The notes: generated by a model from the sequence alone, not told the origin. Positions 42,900 to 53,881 are shown, counted from the first letter of the stretch. The stretch is 64,000 nucleotides of DNA from Smithellaceae bacterium (GCA_963667845.2 CAXXVL010000002.1:3415961-3479960), one strand, 5' to 3'. Numbers and translations are program-made.

Positions 42900-43406
42900 A
42901 TGAAGCCCAAAGAAATCATCGTCAACGACCGGATGCAAAAAAATTACCGTTATCTGCTCAGCCGGCCGGCCGGCCGCAATTTTGATCCGGAATTCAAACC
43001 CCAGTTAACACCGAAGCAAATGCTCGAAGCAGGCGTTTTCGGCGGAAAATACATGACCGACTGCCTGAGCGAATTTCCATCCGCCTGGTTTACCAGAGCC
43101 AAATTGTGCGCCCTGCGCCATGATCCGGGACTCAACTGCTTTGGCGTGAACGCCTCAAAACCCCTGTCCTACTGGATTGCCAAAGGCTGGATCTACCCCG
43201 ATGACCCCCGCGGCTGGTTTCAATGGTATTGCCGCTACTTCGCGGGCCGACGCTGCCCCGATGATGAAAGACAGATCAAACGATGGAAAGCTATGCGCAG
43301 GCATGTGGCTCAATTGCAGAAACACTGCCCGGCCGGCGACCTGAATTGCCGGCGCAAACAGCGCCAGGCCTTGCTGCACTGGGCTTACGACAGCCGCAAA
43401 ATGTAG
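42900..43406 (+). CDS. Hypothetical protein
   Basis: 168-aa ORF with LTPKQMLEAGVFGGKY, DPRGWFQWYCRY, RQALLHWAYD. Confidence 0.7.
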   Translation: MKPKEIIVNDRMQKNYRYLLSRPAGRNFDPEFKPQLTPKQMLEAGVFGGKYMTDCLSEFPSAWFTRAKLCALRHDPGLNCFGVNASKPLSYWIAKGWIYPDDPRGWFQWYCRYFAGRRCPDDERQIKRWKAMRRHVAQLQKHCPAGDLNCRRKQRQALLHWAYDSRKM

Positions 43407-43497
43407 ACGATTACGCACTTGCGCATGTTCTCCCGATCCTTGTTTTTTTCGACTTGCCATAAAGGCCAGTTAGAACATTAAAGAAGGAGGAAACATC

Positions 43498-44583
43498 ATG
43501 AATCAGCGAAGCAGACGTAGTATTCCCATCTTTTCCGTTTTATTCTTATTGTTGATTTCTTTTTTTCTGGTTTCAACATCCCTCAACGCGGCAGTTAAAC
43601 CGACGCCCCCGGGCATGATCAATTCTGTCCTCGGGCCCATTTCTCCCGACAAACTGGGAACGACTCTCGTGCATGAACATTTTGTTTTTGCTTATCCCGG
43701 ATGGTTCGCCGATGACACCATGGCCCCTGTTGATGCCAAGGCCATTTTCAAAACCGACCTGGCCGTCATCAAAACGGCACAGAAATACGGCATTAAAACC
43801 ATCATCGATGCCACGACCAACGATGTCGGCGGACGCGACCCCATCCTCTATAAGAAACTTGCAAAGAAGACCGGCATCAACATCATTTGCTCGACAGGAC
43901 TTTACACGGAGCATGAAGGATCTCCGGCGTATTGGACAACGAAAGCGATCTGGGGAATGGACATCTCCAAGATGATGTCCGAACTCTTTATCAAAGAAAT
44001 AACTCAGGGCATCGGCAAAACCGGCGTTAAGGCAGGGGTCATCAAGATCGGCTCCGGTCCCAAAATGAGCGCCTACGAAACAGCCGTTCATAAGGCCGCT
44101 GTGGTTGCTCAAAAGGCCACCGGCGTTCCGATCATCACGCACACCGAGGGCCCGACAGGTGGAGTCGAGCAGGCCGATTTATTGCTTGCGGAGGGCGCCA
44201 ATCCGAAGAAGGTCATGATCGGCCATGTTTCCAATTCCAAGGACATTGAATACCACAAAGCAATTCTGGCCAAAGGCGTGTATATTGCGTTTGACCGCAT
44301 CGGTCTGGATATCATTACGCCGTTTGACGTGAACGTGAAAAATGTCTCCGAGCTTTGCAAGCAGGGTTATGCCAAGCAGATCATGCTCTCACACGACACC
44401 GTGAATGTCTGGCTGGGACGTCAAACCGTTTTGCCTGACAAATTTTTACCGGCCTTTGCCAACTGGAGGATCGATCACATCTCCAAAGAGTTCATTCCCG
44501 CACTCAAAGCCGAGGGTGTGACGGATGAACAGGTCAAAACCATGATGGTCGATAATCCCCGAAATCTGTTTCTGGGGCAATAG
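43498..44583 (+). CDS. Phosphotriesterase-family amidohydrolase with signal peptide
   Basis: HEH, STG, AGVIK, PIITHT, IGH, FDRIG, LSHD, NP motifs. Confidence 0.9.
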   Translation: MNQRSRRSIPIFSVLFLLLISFFLVSTSLNAAVKPTPPGMINSVLGPISPDKLGTTLVHEHFVFAYPGWFADDTMAPVDAKAIFKTDLAVIKTAQKYGIKTIIDATTNDVGGRDPILYKKLAKKTGINIICSTGLYTEHEGSPAYWTTKAIWGMDISKMMSELFIKEITQGIGKTGVKAGVIKIGSGPKMSAYETAVHKAAVVAQKATGVPIITHTEGPTGGVEQADLLLAEGANPKKVMIGHVSNSKDIEYHKAILAKGVYIAFDRIGLDIITPFDVNVKNVSELCKQGYAKQIMLSHDTVNVWLGRQTVLPDKFLPAFANWRIDHISKEFIPALKAEGVTDEQVKTMMVDNPRNLFLGQ

Positions 44584-44613
44584 GTCTTCTATTCCGAAGA
44601 TCACAATGACCAG

Positions 44614-44653
44614 CGGCGCCTCCTCTATCGCCATCAAAGAGGAAGCGCCGTTT
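44614..44653 (+). terminator. Terminator-like hairpin
   Basis: CGGCGCCTCCTCT...AGAGGAAGCGCCG TTT. Confidence 0.6.
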
Positions 44654-44707
44654 CATTTGTTTCTGAAAATCTTCTTCGGATCCATTGCACGCAAAACGCG
44701 GATGTCC

Positions 44708-45496
44708 TTACCTTCTATTGATTGTCGATCTGGGCGGCAGCGGCGGCGGGACCGCCCCGGAATGACCAGCCTGACGGGGTGAGGATGGAGACACCTGCGT
44801 CTGGCCCGATCGGACTTGAGCGTTGATGGCTTCTCCTCCCGATTTTCTGTCCTTCTGATCGCGCAGGTTCACCACCATCTCATCGTCACCGTGAACAAGA
44901 ATGATCGTTTCGGGATGTATTTCTTTGAGTTTATACCCGCCGATCATCGCGCCTTCGGCCAGCGGTGTCTGCCTTTTCCCCCGGCCGGGCGTCGAATAGG
45001 GGTTCTTCTTGTCCTCGACATAGGCTATTTTCTTGTCACTGGTGATGATCGCGCCGTAAAAGATAACCTCCGGTCTGATGAGAGCCTGTTCCCCTCTTTT
45101 GTCAGTGGGCATCCGGCGTTCCGGGTGAAATAAATTCTTCTCGGCGACAACGATGAAATCAAGTCCGGTCGGAACTTTTTCCAGGACGGTCGTTCTTTCT
45201 TTCGTTGCTGCAGAGTCTTCTAATTTTGCAACATCCTTTGGGGAGGTTTCGGTCGGCAGCAAAGGCCGCAAGTAACCATTTTCGCTCAAGACGAAATATT
45301 CCGAAAGCATGGAAATATCTTCGGCAACTCTTGTTCTTTCTTGACCGACCGATGCTTTTTTCATTACTGGAAGGCTGACCGTCACTTCGGTGATGAATAA
45401 TGGATAGGCCAGTGAAGAAAACATAATGACAGATACTGCAATAAGCAGTAAATTCAAAACATTGATATTCTTTAACATGCCTTGTGATGGCGTCAT
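44708..45496 (-). CDS. T2SS-associated protein, possibly GspC-like
   Basis: N-terminal TM, NLFHPERR, YGAII..IAYVED...IGGYKLKEI beta-rich domain; last gene of the gsp run. Confidence 0.55.
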   Translation of the reverse strand: MTPSQGMLKNINVLNLLLIAVSVIMFSSLAYPLFITEVTVSLPVMKKASVGQERTRVAEDISMLSEYFVLSENGYLRPLLPTETSPKDVAKLEDSAATKERTTVLEKVPTGLDFIVVAEKNLFHPERRMPTDKRGEQALIRPEVIFYGAIITSDKKIAYVEDKKNPYSTPGRGKRQTPLAEGAMIGGYKLKEIHPETIILVHGDDEMVVNLRDQKDRKSGGEAINAQVRSGQTQVSPSSPRQAGHSGAVPPPLPPRSTINRR

Positions 45497-45499
45497 AAA

Positions 45500-46051
45500 T
45501 CACAGTCCCGCCAGAGCGGCTACTTTGAGCTTCACGAGCAATTCCTTAGGATCAGAGTAATTGCGAACGCGGACATCTACCTCCCTTACGACGAGATAAG
45601 GAGTCTGCGTTTCGACGGCCAGCAAGGTATCCGAAAGCACTCTGATATCCGGAAACACCGCATCAACCGTAACGCTGATAATCTTAAATTTCCCCCGTTC
45701 TTCCGTTTTCTCAACCCTTTCACTGTTGATCACGCCTCCCCTGCCCGTAATGACCCCTTTAAGCGAATTCTGTAAATTGGCGGAAGCAATCGCTGCGGTC
45801 GGACTCATCATCAGCTTATTCTCTTCATTTTTCCTGGCTTGTCTGAGTTCGGCAATCCGATTTTCCAACAGCGGCTTACGCGCAATCAGCCCGGAATATT
45901 TTTCAAGTATTTTCATTTTTATCCCATACTGTTCGCTGAGTTCATCGGCCTTCCGGTAAATATCGGAAATGCCGTATTCATAAAGAACCACAACGGCCAT
46001 CATGACGATGATGGGAATCGAAAGAGTCAGCAGTTTACTTTTTCTTTTCAT
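45500..46051 (-). CDS. gspM: Type II secretion protein GspM/PilO-like
   Basis: Single TM, coiled coil, ASANLQ, ETQTPYL; operon position. Confidence 0.7.
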   Translation of the reverse strand: MKRKSKLLTLSIPIIVMMAVVVLYEYGISDIYRKADELSEQYGIKMKILEKYSGLIARKPLLENRIAELRQARKNEENKLMMSPTAAIASANLQNSLKGVITGRGGVINSERVEKTEERGKFKIISVTVDAVFPDIRVLSDTLLAVETQTPYLVVREVDVRVRNYSDPKELLVKLKVAALAGL

Positions 46052-47555
46052 TGTTTATCTCGGTTCTTCGGTCGTATTTTAACAGCCCGTTTTTCAGTTC
46101 CATCTTGATGACAAACCGTTCAGTATTGAGCCGGGGATCGCGAAAAGTCGGTGACCCAAATTCCACCTTTTGAAAATACTTGGAGCTTTCCAGTTTAAGG
46201 ATAATATCTGTGGCGGATGCCGAATAACCTTCGATCTCAGCAGCAGCATCGGTGATCCTCAGGCGGGTAAGCCAGCTCCTCGGGGGCAAAGTAGTTGTCA
46301 TGTCTCTGAGGACATTCATGGTCAAGTCGTTTTGTCTTTTAAAATGGTTTATGGCTTCGATATCGCTTTCCAGCAGGTCGATCTCGCTTTGTAAAGCTTC
46401 AATTTTTCGAACCTCGGGTTTGAGCGTTTGGATATGACGGCCGAGTGCATCAATTTTTTGCTGCTGAAAGTGGACCGGTGCAAGAAGACAGAATACGGCA
46501 ATCGCCAAAATCGGTATCAGCAATAAAACGGATGAAAGCCACGGCATTTGCGGATTGCTGCGGTCCTTTTTCGCCAGCAGGTCGATGCTGTCGCTGCTTT
46601 CGGAAAATGCGCCGAGCGCCCCGCCTAATGCGCCGGCCGATAGTTCCCTCCTTTGCTCGGGCACATCACACTTCAGATCGCTCATCAGAGCGGACACGGT
46701 CACAGGTCTGAATTTGTCCCGTAATACGCAATAGGCGCTTTCATCTGCATTGACGACAATTCGGGGAGGACTGCTGTTCGCCGTAAGTTCATTCATCAAC
46801 AATTGAATGTGACCGGCCATCTCAGCAACAGCCGTCTGATCATTTATATCGACACTGCCTGTATAGGATTGAGCGGTTAATGTATTCAGGATAATTCCGC
46901 CTTCATAGACTCCGTCTTTCAGAGATATAAAAACCGTGTCGATGTTGGGATAAGTATTTCGGATAAGGGATCTGACCATGAAAACGGTCAGACCGATTCT
47001 CTTTATCTGAGCCCCTTTCGTTTCAAGCGCGCTCAGATAAGCGTTGATCTGATCCGCTCTGACAACAACCAAGAGAATCTTAATACTTTGATCATCTTCC
47101 GCCTGCACGACATAATCATAGTAGGCATTATCCCTGGAAAGCGGCGTCAGACGATCCAGTTCGAACGCGACAACCCGCGAAAGATCTTCCTTCGCGGCCA
47201 GGGGGAGAGGAACATTTTGGACGATCGCCCAGGATCGCGGCAAGCCCAGAATAAATGTTGCGTTCGATATTTTGAAATCTTTGACAAAGGCGGATACCGA
47301 AGCTGCCGCATATTCTGGGCTGAGAATCTGATTCTCCGGCAGCGGATAATATTTGCAGTGTCTGACGTTTACTTTCCACAGCGTTTTCTCGGTACAAACA
47401 AGGTAAACGCCGTCTCTCTCCAGGGAAATACATACAACCTTCCCGGATGAAAACACCGGATCAGCCAGACTGAAGAATAAGGCCTTCCGCACCAAACGGC
47501 CCGCTTTTGCGAGCATCGGATAAATCTCAGTCAAGATGTTTTGGTATCGCGTCAT
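46035..47555 (-). CDS. GspL/PilM-PilN-like protein
   Basis: Cytoplasmic FELDRLTPL..YYDY domain, IDLL, TM, SWLTRL..IEGYS..LESS.YF..VEF periplasmic domain. Confidence 0.75.
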   Translation of the reverse strand: MTRYQNILTEIYPMLAKAGRLVRKALFFSLADPVFSSGKVVCISLERDGVYLVCTEKTLWKVNVRHCKYYPLPENQILSPEYAAASVSAFVKDFKISNATFILGLPRSWAIVQNVPLPLAAKEDLSRVVAFELDRLTPLSRDNAYYDYVVQAEDDQSIKILLVVVRADQINAYLSALETKGAQIKRIGLTVFMVRSLIRNTYPNIDTVFISLKDGVYEGGIILNTLTAQSYTGSVDINDQTAVAEMAGHIQLLMNELTANSSPPRIVVNADESAYCVLRDKFRPVTVSALMSDLKCDVPEQRRELSAGALGGALGAFSESSDSIDLLAKKDRSNPQMPWLSSVLLLIPILAIAVFCLLAPVHFQQQKIDALGRHIQTLKPEVRKIEALQSEIDLLESDIEAINHFKRQNDLTMNVLRDMTTTLPPRSWLTRLRITDAAAEIEGYSASATDIILKLESSKYFQKVEFGSPTFRDPRLNTERFVIKMELKNGLLKYDRRTEINNEKKK

Positions 47556-48555
47556 TTTTCGGCATCTCTATGTTCGCAGGGCTTTGATAGAAGACAATCC
47601 GGCACCGGTCCGCCCCTTCGGCAACGAGCACCGCTTTGAGAGCATAGTTGCCGTTCTTTGCATTCTGATAGCCGATCGCCTCCACCGCATACACGCTGGA
47701 ATCGGCCGTGGTCACGTATGATGAAATGTTTGCGAAGTCTGCCGATAGCATGGACTGCAGGCCCGAGCCATCTTTTTTTGCATGATCGGATAACCGGTAA
47801 TGGATGACGGTCTGAATCATTTCATCCGTCATCCTCGGTATGGCTTTGAGGACATCCGGCTTTGCGGAATTGATATTGATCTGAGCCGTCGATGTATACA
47901 CTGTCAGATGTTGCATCAAACCCGGCTTTTCTTCCGTCCCGTAAAGGATGTCCCGGGTCATGCCCTTCACCAATAACAGTTCTTCCAGATTATCAAAATT
48001 GGCGTCTTTGCATTTGTAGGGTTTGGGCAGGCTCATATAGTAATCATTTTCCGCGCCCTGAAGCCGGTGCAGATCATCCCCATCCTTCCAGTCAAGGATG
48101 GAATTAACAATCGTGTCGGCCTGATTCTTTTCAACTCCCAGATTGACCAGCAAATTATTCAGGATGATGCCCGACGCAGCGGTCAACAGATTGATGTTGA
48201 TCTTGCCGGATTCATCCGCTATGCCGATTCGGAAATATCCATCGTCCATTTTCACTGCGCGAAAGGTTCCGTCTACAGGCGACGCTTCCAGTCCCTCATT
48301 TTGAGCGGGAATGTTCTTATTAACATTGCGATATATAATTTCCATCATCGCCCATTGCAGCCCCGCCTCTGCCAGATACTTATTTTCCAGTCGTTCCTTG
48401 AAGGCGATGGTCGAGAATACTTCCGTTCTCACCCTGGCGGAAAATGCGAACGTTATAACAATCAAAAGCATCGTGATCCACAGCACGATCACCAGGGCTA
48501 TGCCTTTTTCATCCACAAACACTTCCCTTGTTAACATCATCTCTCTCATCATCAT
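47527..48555 (-). CDS. gspK: Minor pseudopilin GspK
   Basis: GIALVIVLW, DESGKININ, ILDWKD, EELLLVKG, ININSA. Confidence 0.9.
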   Translation of the reverse strand: MMMREMMLTREVFVDEKGIALVIVLWITMLLIVITFAFSARVRTEVFSTIAFKERLENKYLAEAGLQWAMMEIIYRNVNKNIPAQNEGLEASPVDGTFRAVKMDDGYFRIGIADESGKININLLTAASGIILNNLLVNLGVEKNQADTIVNSILDWKDGDDLHRLQGAENDYYMSLPKPYKCKDANFDNLEELLLVKGMTRDILYGTEEKPGLMQHLTVYTSTAQININSAKPDVLKAIPRMTDEMIQTVIHYRLSDHAKKDGSGLQSMLSADFANISSYVTTADSSVYAVEAIGYQNAKNGNYALKAVLVAEGADRCRIVFYQSPANIEMPKNDAIPKHLD

Positions 48556-48579
48556 TTTTCAAGGTTTGATCTCTAAAGA

Positions 48580-49212
48580 TCAAAATATCATTTTGTCAAA
48601 ACGGGGGTTTGACACCGCACCCATGGCTGACGCCGACATCTGCGTCATTATACGCACTGTCAGCACGCTGTCGCCTTCATCGCCTGAAAAATGAATCCTG
48701 ACCTTTTGAGGCATCGCCTTTTCTTCAGCCGGCCATTCATCAACCCACCTCGCCTCCTCGGTGGCACCTTCATAATAATACTCAAACCGGATGGCTTCAT
48801 AATCGGTTTTTACCGACGTCTCCTGCTTCGCATCCGTTCCTACAATCTGCTCTGCGATGCGGAAGATACTCTTTCGCCCGCTGTCCCTTTCGACATGATA
48901 AGTGACAAGGCAGTTGCCTCTGGTCCCCCGCCAGATGGAATAATTGCTGGCAAACGTTACCGTATCTGCGGCTCCGCTAAATCTGTTCTTTGTCTGGCCC
49001 TGATCGGCATAGAAGCTCACAAATGCGGATTGGAGCTGCGATTCGACCAGAGAAAAGATCATTTTCTGTCGCTCAAGCGTGTCAATCTTTCTTTCTGCTT
49101 TCTCGGACGTCTGATACGCCATCGACAAAGCACCGCCCATGATGCCGATAATCACAGCCAGCATGGTAACGGACATCAGTAATTCAATTAATGTAAAGCC
49201 CCGCCGGTTCAA
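48580..49212 (-). CDS. gspJ: Minor pseudopilin GspJ-like
   Basis: RRGFTLIELL prepilin motif; W...W...MPQKVRI. Confidence 0.75.
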   Translation of the reverse strand: MNRRGFTLIELLMSVTMLAVIIGIMGGALSMAYQTSEKAERKIDTLERQKMIFSLVESQLQSAFVSFYADQGQTKNRFSGAADTVTFASNYSIWRGTRGNCLVTYHVERDSGRKSIFRIAEQIVGTDAKQETSVKTDYEAIRFEYYYEGATEEARWVDEWPAEEKAMPQKVRIHFSGDEGDSVLTVRIMTQMSASAMGAVSNPRFDKMIF

Positions 49213-49652
49213 TTCGTATACCCTTTTTGCTTTGTATCCTTAGCGACATTCAGAGCATCGGATCTGGAAACCATTTTTGCCGTCTTTAACGTGATGATCT
49301 TCTCTCCGCCGCTTTGTGCAGGGGACGCCTTCACGGTTACCTGCAGGAGTTTCACAGTGAGCGCCCGTGTCCTTTCTTTTTCTATCTCCGTCATAATAAT
49401 TTCAAAAACATTTCCCTGGTCGTCGGTTTCCGTCCATGCTTTTTCTTCCATTTTTTCATTTTCCAGGACATTACGCATTTTGTCACTTGCACCCTGCAGA
49501 GCCCGGATACGATTGTCGGATTTGGCAAGATTGCGTAAATTCGCAGAAGACAATTGGATGACCGATACGACAACGAGGCAAATCAGCACCAGAGAAATCA
49601 TGATTTCAATCAACGTAAAACCTCGTTCTCTTGGTCGGACAGACTTAGTCAT
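49209..49652 (-). CDS. gspI: Minor pseudopilin GspI-like
   Basis: RGFTLIEIMISL prepilin motif; start uncertain. Confidence 0.7.
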   Translation of the reverse strand: MTKSVRPRERGFTLIEIMISLVLICLVVVSVIQLSSANLRNLAKSDNRIRALQGASDKMRNVLENEKMEEKAWTETDDQGNVFEIIMTEIEKERTRALTVKLLQVTVKASPAQSGGEKIITLKTAKMVSRSDALNVAKDTKQKGYTN

Positions 49653-50133
49653 GACCGCCATCCTGTTCTTCATCGGCAATCATCGCAGCAAAAACAGGGT
49701 CGGCTTTGATCCGGATGATTCGATCGCCCCGAATCAGGCTGATCCGTTCCCAGTTGTTTGTGCCCGTTGAATCATAATAGAGGCTGTATCGTCCCCTGCT
49801 GACCGGATCGGCATTGATATCTGATTCAATAATTACCAATCTCATTTCATCCGGTATTTTCTTGCTCGCCCGTCCCTCGATCCCGTAATGACCGGCATCG
49901 AGATCAAAGATCAGCATTCGCCTCTCATTTTTCAATGCCGCCAGACTTCTGGTGTATTTGATCGCAGAGACTATTTCTCTGGCAGCCGCTTTTTGCCTGG
50001 CTTTCGGCAATGTGCCCACGAAATAGACCACACTCATTCCCAAAATCAGAGAGATGAGAATCAACACGATAAGAATTTCAATCAGGGTAAATCCACGGCA
50101 CGCTGGAACCTGATTATCTTTAATTCCATGCAT
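49645..50133 (-). CDS. gspH: Minor pseudopilin GspH/FimT-like
   Basis: RGFTLIEILIVL prepilin motif. Confidence 0.72.
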   Translation of the reverse strand: MHGIKDNQVPACRGFTLIEILIVLILISLILGMSVVYFVGTLPKARQKAAAREIVSAIKYTRSLAALKNERRMLIFDLDAGHYGIEGRASKKIPDEMRLVIIESDINADPVSRGRYSLYYDSTGTNNWERISLIRGDRIIRIKADPVFAAMIADEEQDGGHD

Positions 50134-50150
50134 AACGATGTCTTAAACGT

Positions 50151-51347
50151 TTAAAAAGGAATATCCGTAATGCTGAATATCGCCATCAACAAGGAGATGA
50201 CAATGAATCCCACAATCAGTCCCATGACCGTAATCAGGGACGGTTCGAGAATGCTGATAAACCTTTTGATGGAAATTTTGAGACTTTTCTCGTAGGTGTT
50301 TGCTATCTTAAGCAACATGTTATCCAATTGACCGGTCTCTTCGCCCACTTTGATCATTGACATCGCCAGTTCGGGGAAAATGTCGGCGTCCGACAGGGGC
50401 TTGGCGATGCCCTTGCCTTCCTTGATTTCTTTCGTCACCTGATCCAATGAAGATGAAACGACGAAATTGCCGATAATATCTTTTGAATTTCTTACAGCCT
50501 GCAGAAGCGGCACGCCGCTACGCAAAAGTGCGCCCAGCGTCCTGCAAAACCGGGCAGTTTCCAACTTTAGGATGACATCGCCCAGCACTTTGAGCTTCAG
50601 CTTGTCCCAGTTGTATCTCCCCGCCTCCGTTTTCAGATAATTACGCATGAGAAACCAGCCGGCGACAATCACCAGCAAAATGATCCACCAGGACGCCAGA
50701 AGAAAATTACTGATCGCAATCAGCACCTGCGTTGAGACTGGCAATTGTGTGCCCATATCGGCAAAGATGGTCGTAAATTTCGGCAAAACAAACGTCACCA
50801 TAACAAGGATGGACAAAAAGCCCGTGATCACCAGAATCACGGGATAGATCATCGCGGAGAAGACATGGTTTTTCAGTTCCTCCGACGATTCCAGAAATTC
50901 TATGAGTTTTTCCAGAACCATTTCCATCGTTCCGGAAAGTTCGCCAGCTCGAACCATATTGATATAGAGCGGTGAGAATACCCGGGGATGCTTTTGCAGG
51001 GCGTCGGAAAACATTCCACCCTCTCGAATAGATTTGAGGACGTCAAAGATGACGTTCTTCATCTTCATATTTCGACTGATGCCCAGTAGAATATTTAGAC
51101 TGCGATCCAGCGGCAGACCCGCATTGAGCAGCGTATGGAGTTCGGTCGTAAATACCAGCAGTTCACCTTTGGCGGATTTGAATGAAAATGAATCTTTGCC
51201 GATCCCGGCTTTCACCCCTTCAATCCGCAACGGAATGATATTCGAATTTTTCAAAATGGATTCCGCTTCGTGTTCATTGCGGGCTTCGATCAAACCTTCT
51301 GAAACACTCCCGTCTCTGCCTATCGAACGATGCGAAAAACTGGGCAT
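50151..51347 (-). CDS. gspF: T2SS inner-membrane platform GspF/PilC
   Basis: LLNAGLPL, YINMVRAGE, YP, LLRSGVPL, VGEETGQL, LEP. Confidence 0.92.
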   Translation of the reverse strand: MPSFSHRSIGRDGSVSEGLIEARNEHEAESILKNSNIIPLRIEGVKAGIGKDSFSFKSAKGELLVFTTELHTLLNAGLPLDRSLNILLGISRNMKMKNVIFDVLKSIREGGMFSDALQKHPRVFSPLYINMVRAGELSGTMEMVLEKLIEFLESSEELKNHVFSAMIYPVILVITGFLSILVMVTFVLPKFTTIFADMGTQLPVSTQVLIAISNFLLASWWIILLVIVAGWFLMRNYLKTEAGRYNWDKLKLKVLGDVILKLETARFCRTLGALLRSGVPLLQAVRNSKDIIGNFVVSSSLDQVTKEIKEGKGIAKPLSDADIFPELAMSMIKVGEETGQLDNMLLKIANTYEKSLKISIKRFISILEPSLITVMGLIVGFIVISLLMAIFSITDIPF

Positions 51348-52870
51348 TATATCTCCTGCGTCGCTCTGAAGATTTCGTTGACCGTGGTTTCGCCCGATTT
51401 GACTTTCGATAATCCGTCTTCCATCAGCGTGCGCATACCGTTTCTTCTGGCCATTTCCCTTATCTGCCGGGCATCGGCGTTCTGGACAATCAACTGATGC
51501 ATCGAGCTGTCAATGGTGAATAGCTCAAATATTCCTGATCGCCCATAAAATCCTGTTTGAGCGCATTTTTCGCAGCCCCTTCCCTTGTAAAGCGTCACAG
51601 GGTTATCGGAAAAGACATTCCGGGCCCGCTCTTCAGTAATCGCCTCTTCGTCGATATCGCGGCACTCGGGACAGATCACGCGGACAAGACGCTGTGACAG
51701 CACGCCCCGAATTGTCGCAGCCAAAAGAAAATTGGGCACGCCGATATCCAGGAGGCGGGTAATGGCCGTCGGCGCGTCGTTTGTGTGCAGTGTGGAAAAT
51801 ACCAAATGTCCCGTCAGAGCGGACTGAATGGCAATCTCCGCTGTTTCCAGATCGCGTATTTCGCCGATCATGATGATATCCGGATCCTGCCTGACGATGT
51901 GGCGCAGGATATTGGGAAAGTCCAGACCGATTTGCGGCATGATCTGTATTTGGTTGATGCCTTTGAGATGATATTCTATCGGATCTTCCACTGTGATGAT
52001 CTTTTTGTCGGGCGAATTGATTTTGTCCAGGGCGCCGTACAGTGTGGTTGTCTTGCCGCTGCCCGTCGGACCCGTTACCAGAATAATGCCGTTGGGATTT
52101 TTGATGATGGCATTGAATGTCGCCAGCGTATCATCCGGAAAGCCCAACTGCTCCATGTCGATCTTGATGCCTTTCTGGCCAAGCAGGCGCATCACCAGAC
52201 TTTCTCCATAGAGAACCGGAATGCTGGATACACGTACATCAATTTCCGATCCGCCGACTTTGAGCTTGATCCGTCCGTCCTGCGGAAGACGCCTTTCCGC
52301 AATATTCAACTTGGCCATGATTTTTATGCGTGAGAAAATGGCGGCCTGAAGTTTTTTCGGGATGATCTCGATATCATGCAGCACGCCGTCAATGCGATAG
52401 CGTACTTTGACTTCATCATCGAATGGTTCGATGTGGATGTCACTAGCCCGGCTTTATATTGCGCGGGTAATGATAATATTAACGAGCTTGATAATCGGCG
52501 CCTCGGATGCCAGATCCTGAAGATGCCCGACATCGTCTTCCTCTTCGCGTATGAAATGGATCGATTCATCCTCAATGTTTTCTATAATCTTATTGATGTC
52601 CTGTGTTTCCTGACTATAGAACTTATTCAGGTGATCATCTATGACCTCCTTATCGCCGGAATAGATTTCCAGTGCATGAGGAACCGCAACCTTGATCGCT
52701 TCGATAACGGTCTTATTATACGGATCAGCCATGATAATTTTGAGTGTATCGTGTTTGAAGTCCAGTGGCACAATCCTATTCTCACGGAGAAACCGGACCG
52801 AAAGCGTCTCCATGACAAATGGAACTTTAGGAAAAGCGTCCGCGTCGAGATAAGGCACATTTTGCGACAA
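51347..52870 (-). pseudogene. gspE: T2SS ATPase GspE/PilB interrupted by an in-frame TAA
   Basis: Reads ...IITRAI*SRASDIHIEPF... in one frame (TAA 52454-52456); downstream GPTGSGKTT, TVEDPIE, RQDPD, TGHL..TLH, tetracysteine motif. Confidence 0.9.
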
Positions 52871-53155
52871 AATGGCGACCTCTCATCAATGGATGTATGG
52901 GAAAAAGGAGATAAGGTGCATTATCATGACTATTTCAACTTTTCCACGGTTTTTTAAGATTTATATCCGGGTAATCACAATAACCATATTCAAGTGCCTG
53001 AATGAAGACCTGTATCCGGTAAAAGTTCGATACCGACAGTGCCCAAAACAGCAGCGATTTTTTATTAGTTGACATTGCATGCATTTTTGATTAGTTATCC
53101 TCAACCTCCAATAATAAACATTTGCATAAAATTTACGAAAATCAGGATGATTTTT

Positions 53156-53590
53156 ATGAAGAATAAGCAATGTAATCGACCCGGGAAGAATCAAAGAGGA
53201 TTCACGCTCATCGAGATTATTGTCGTCATGGTCATGATTGCTCTTCTGGCCTCTCTTGTCGGGCCAAAACTCTTTCCCAAACTCGGTAAAGGAAAACAAT
53301 CGGCGGCCAAAGCCCAAATTGCGCTTATTGAACAGGCACTGGATCAATTTCGACTGGATGTGGGCAGATACCCCACAACCCAGGAAGGATTAAATGCCCT
53401 TGTAACAAATCCGGGCATGCCCAAATGGGAAGGCAGTTATCTGAAGAAGGGACTGCCGGTCGATCCCTGGGACAAACCCTACCAATATGCATCTCCAGGC
53501 AGTCATGGCGAATTTGATCTGCTCTCATACGGCAGAGACGGCAATCCCGACGGCGAAGGCGAAGATGCGGATGTCGTCAGCTGGAAGTAG
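53156..53590 (+). CDS. gspG: Major pseudopilin GspG
   Basis: RGFTLIEIIVV, FRLDVGRYPTTQEGL, W.GSYL, DPW, SYGRDG...GEGEDAD. Confidence 0.93.
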   Translation: MKNKQCNRPGKNQRGFTLIEIIVVMVMIALLASLVGPKLFPKLGKGKQSAAKAQIALIEQALDQFRLDVGRYPTTQEGLNALVTNPGMPKWEGSYLKKGLPVDPWDKPYQYASPGSHGEFDLLSYGRDGNPDGEGEDADVVSWK

Positions 53591-53881
53591 TTTTTCTCAA
53601 CATCCGCCAACTCTTTTCAATCAAACTGAAACCCTGGAGACCAGCTCACTTGACTGCCGCCAATAATAGTTTTTGGCGATCGATGGAATGCAACAGGCAT
53701 CACGAATCAGCAAAACATTTCATGCTTTTATCGCGAATATTCTAACCCCATCGATGGAGAAAGTAAGCAGTGCGAGTATCTCTCCTGGATGTCTATTCCG
53801 CATAATACCGCCCGATAGCCTCCGCTTAAACTCTCAGCTACCTCGGGGGATGGTAGTGGGTCAGTTTCAATTTAATCACTC

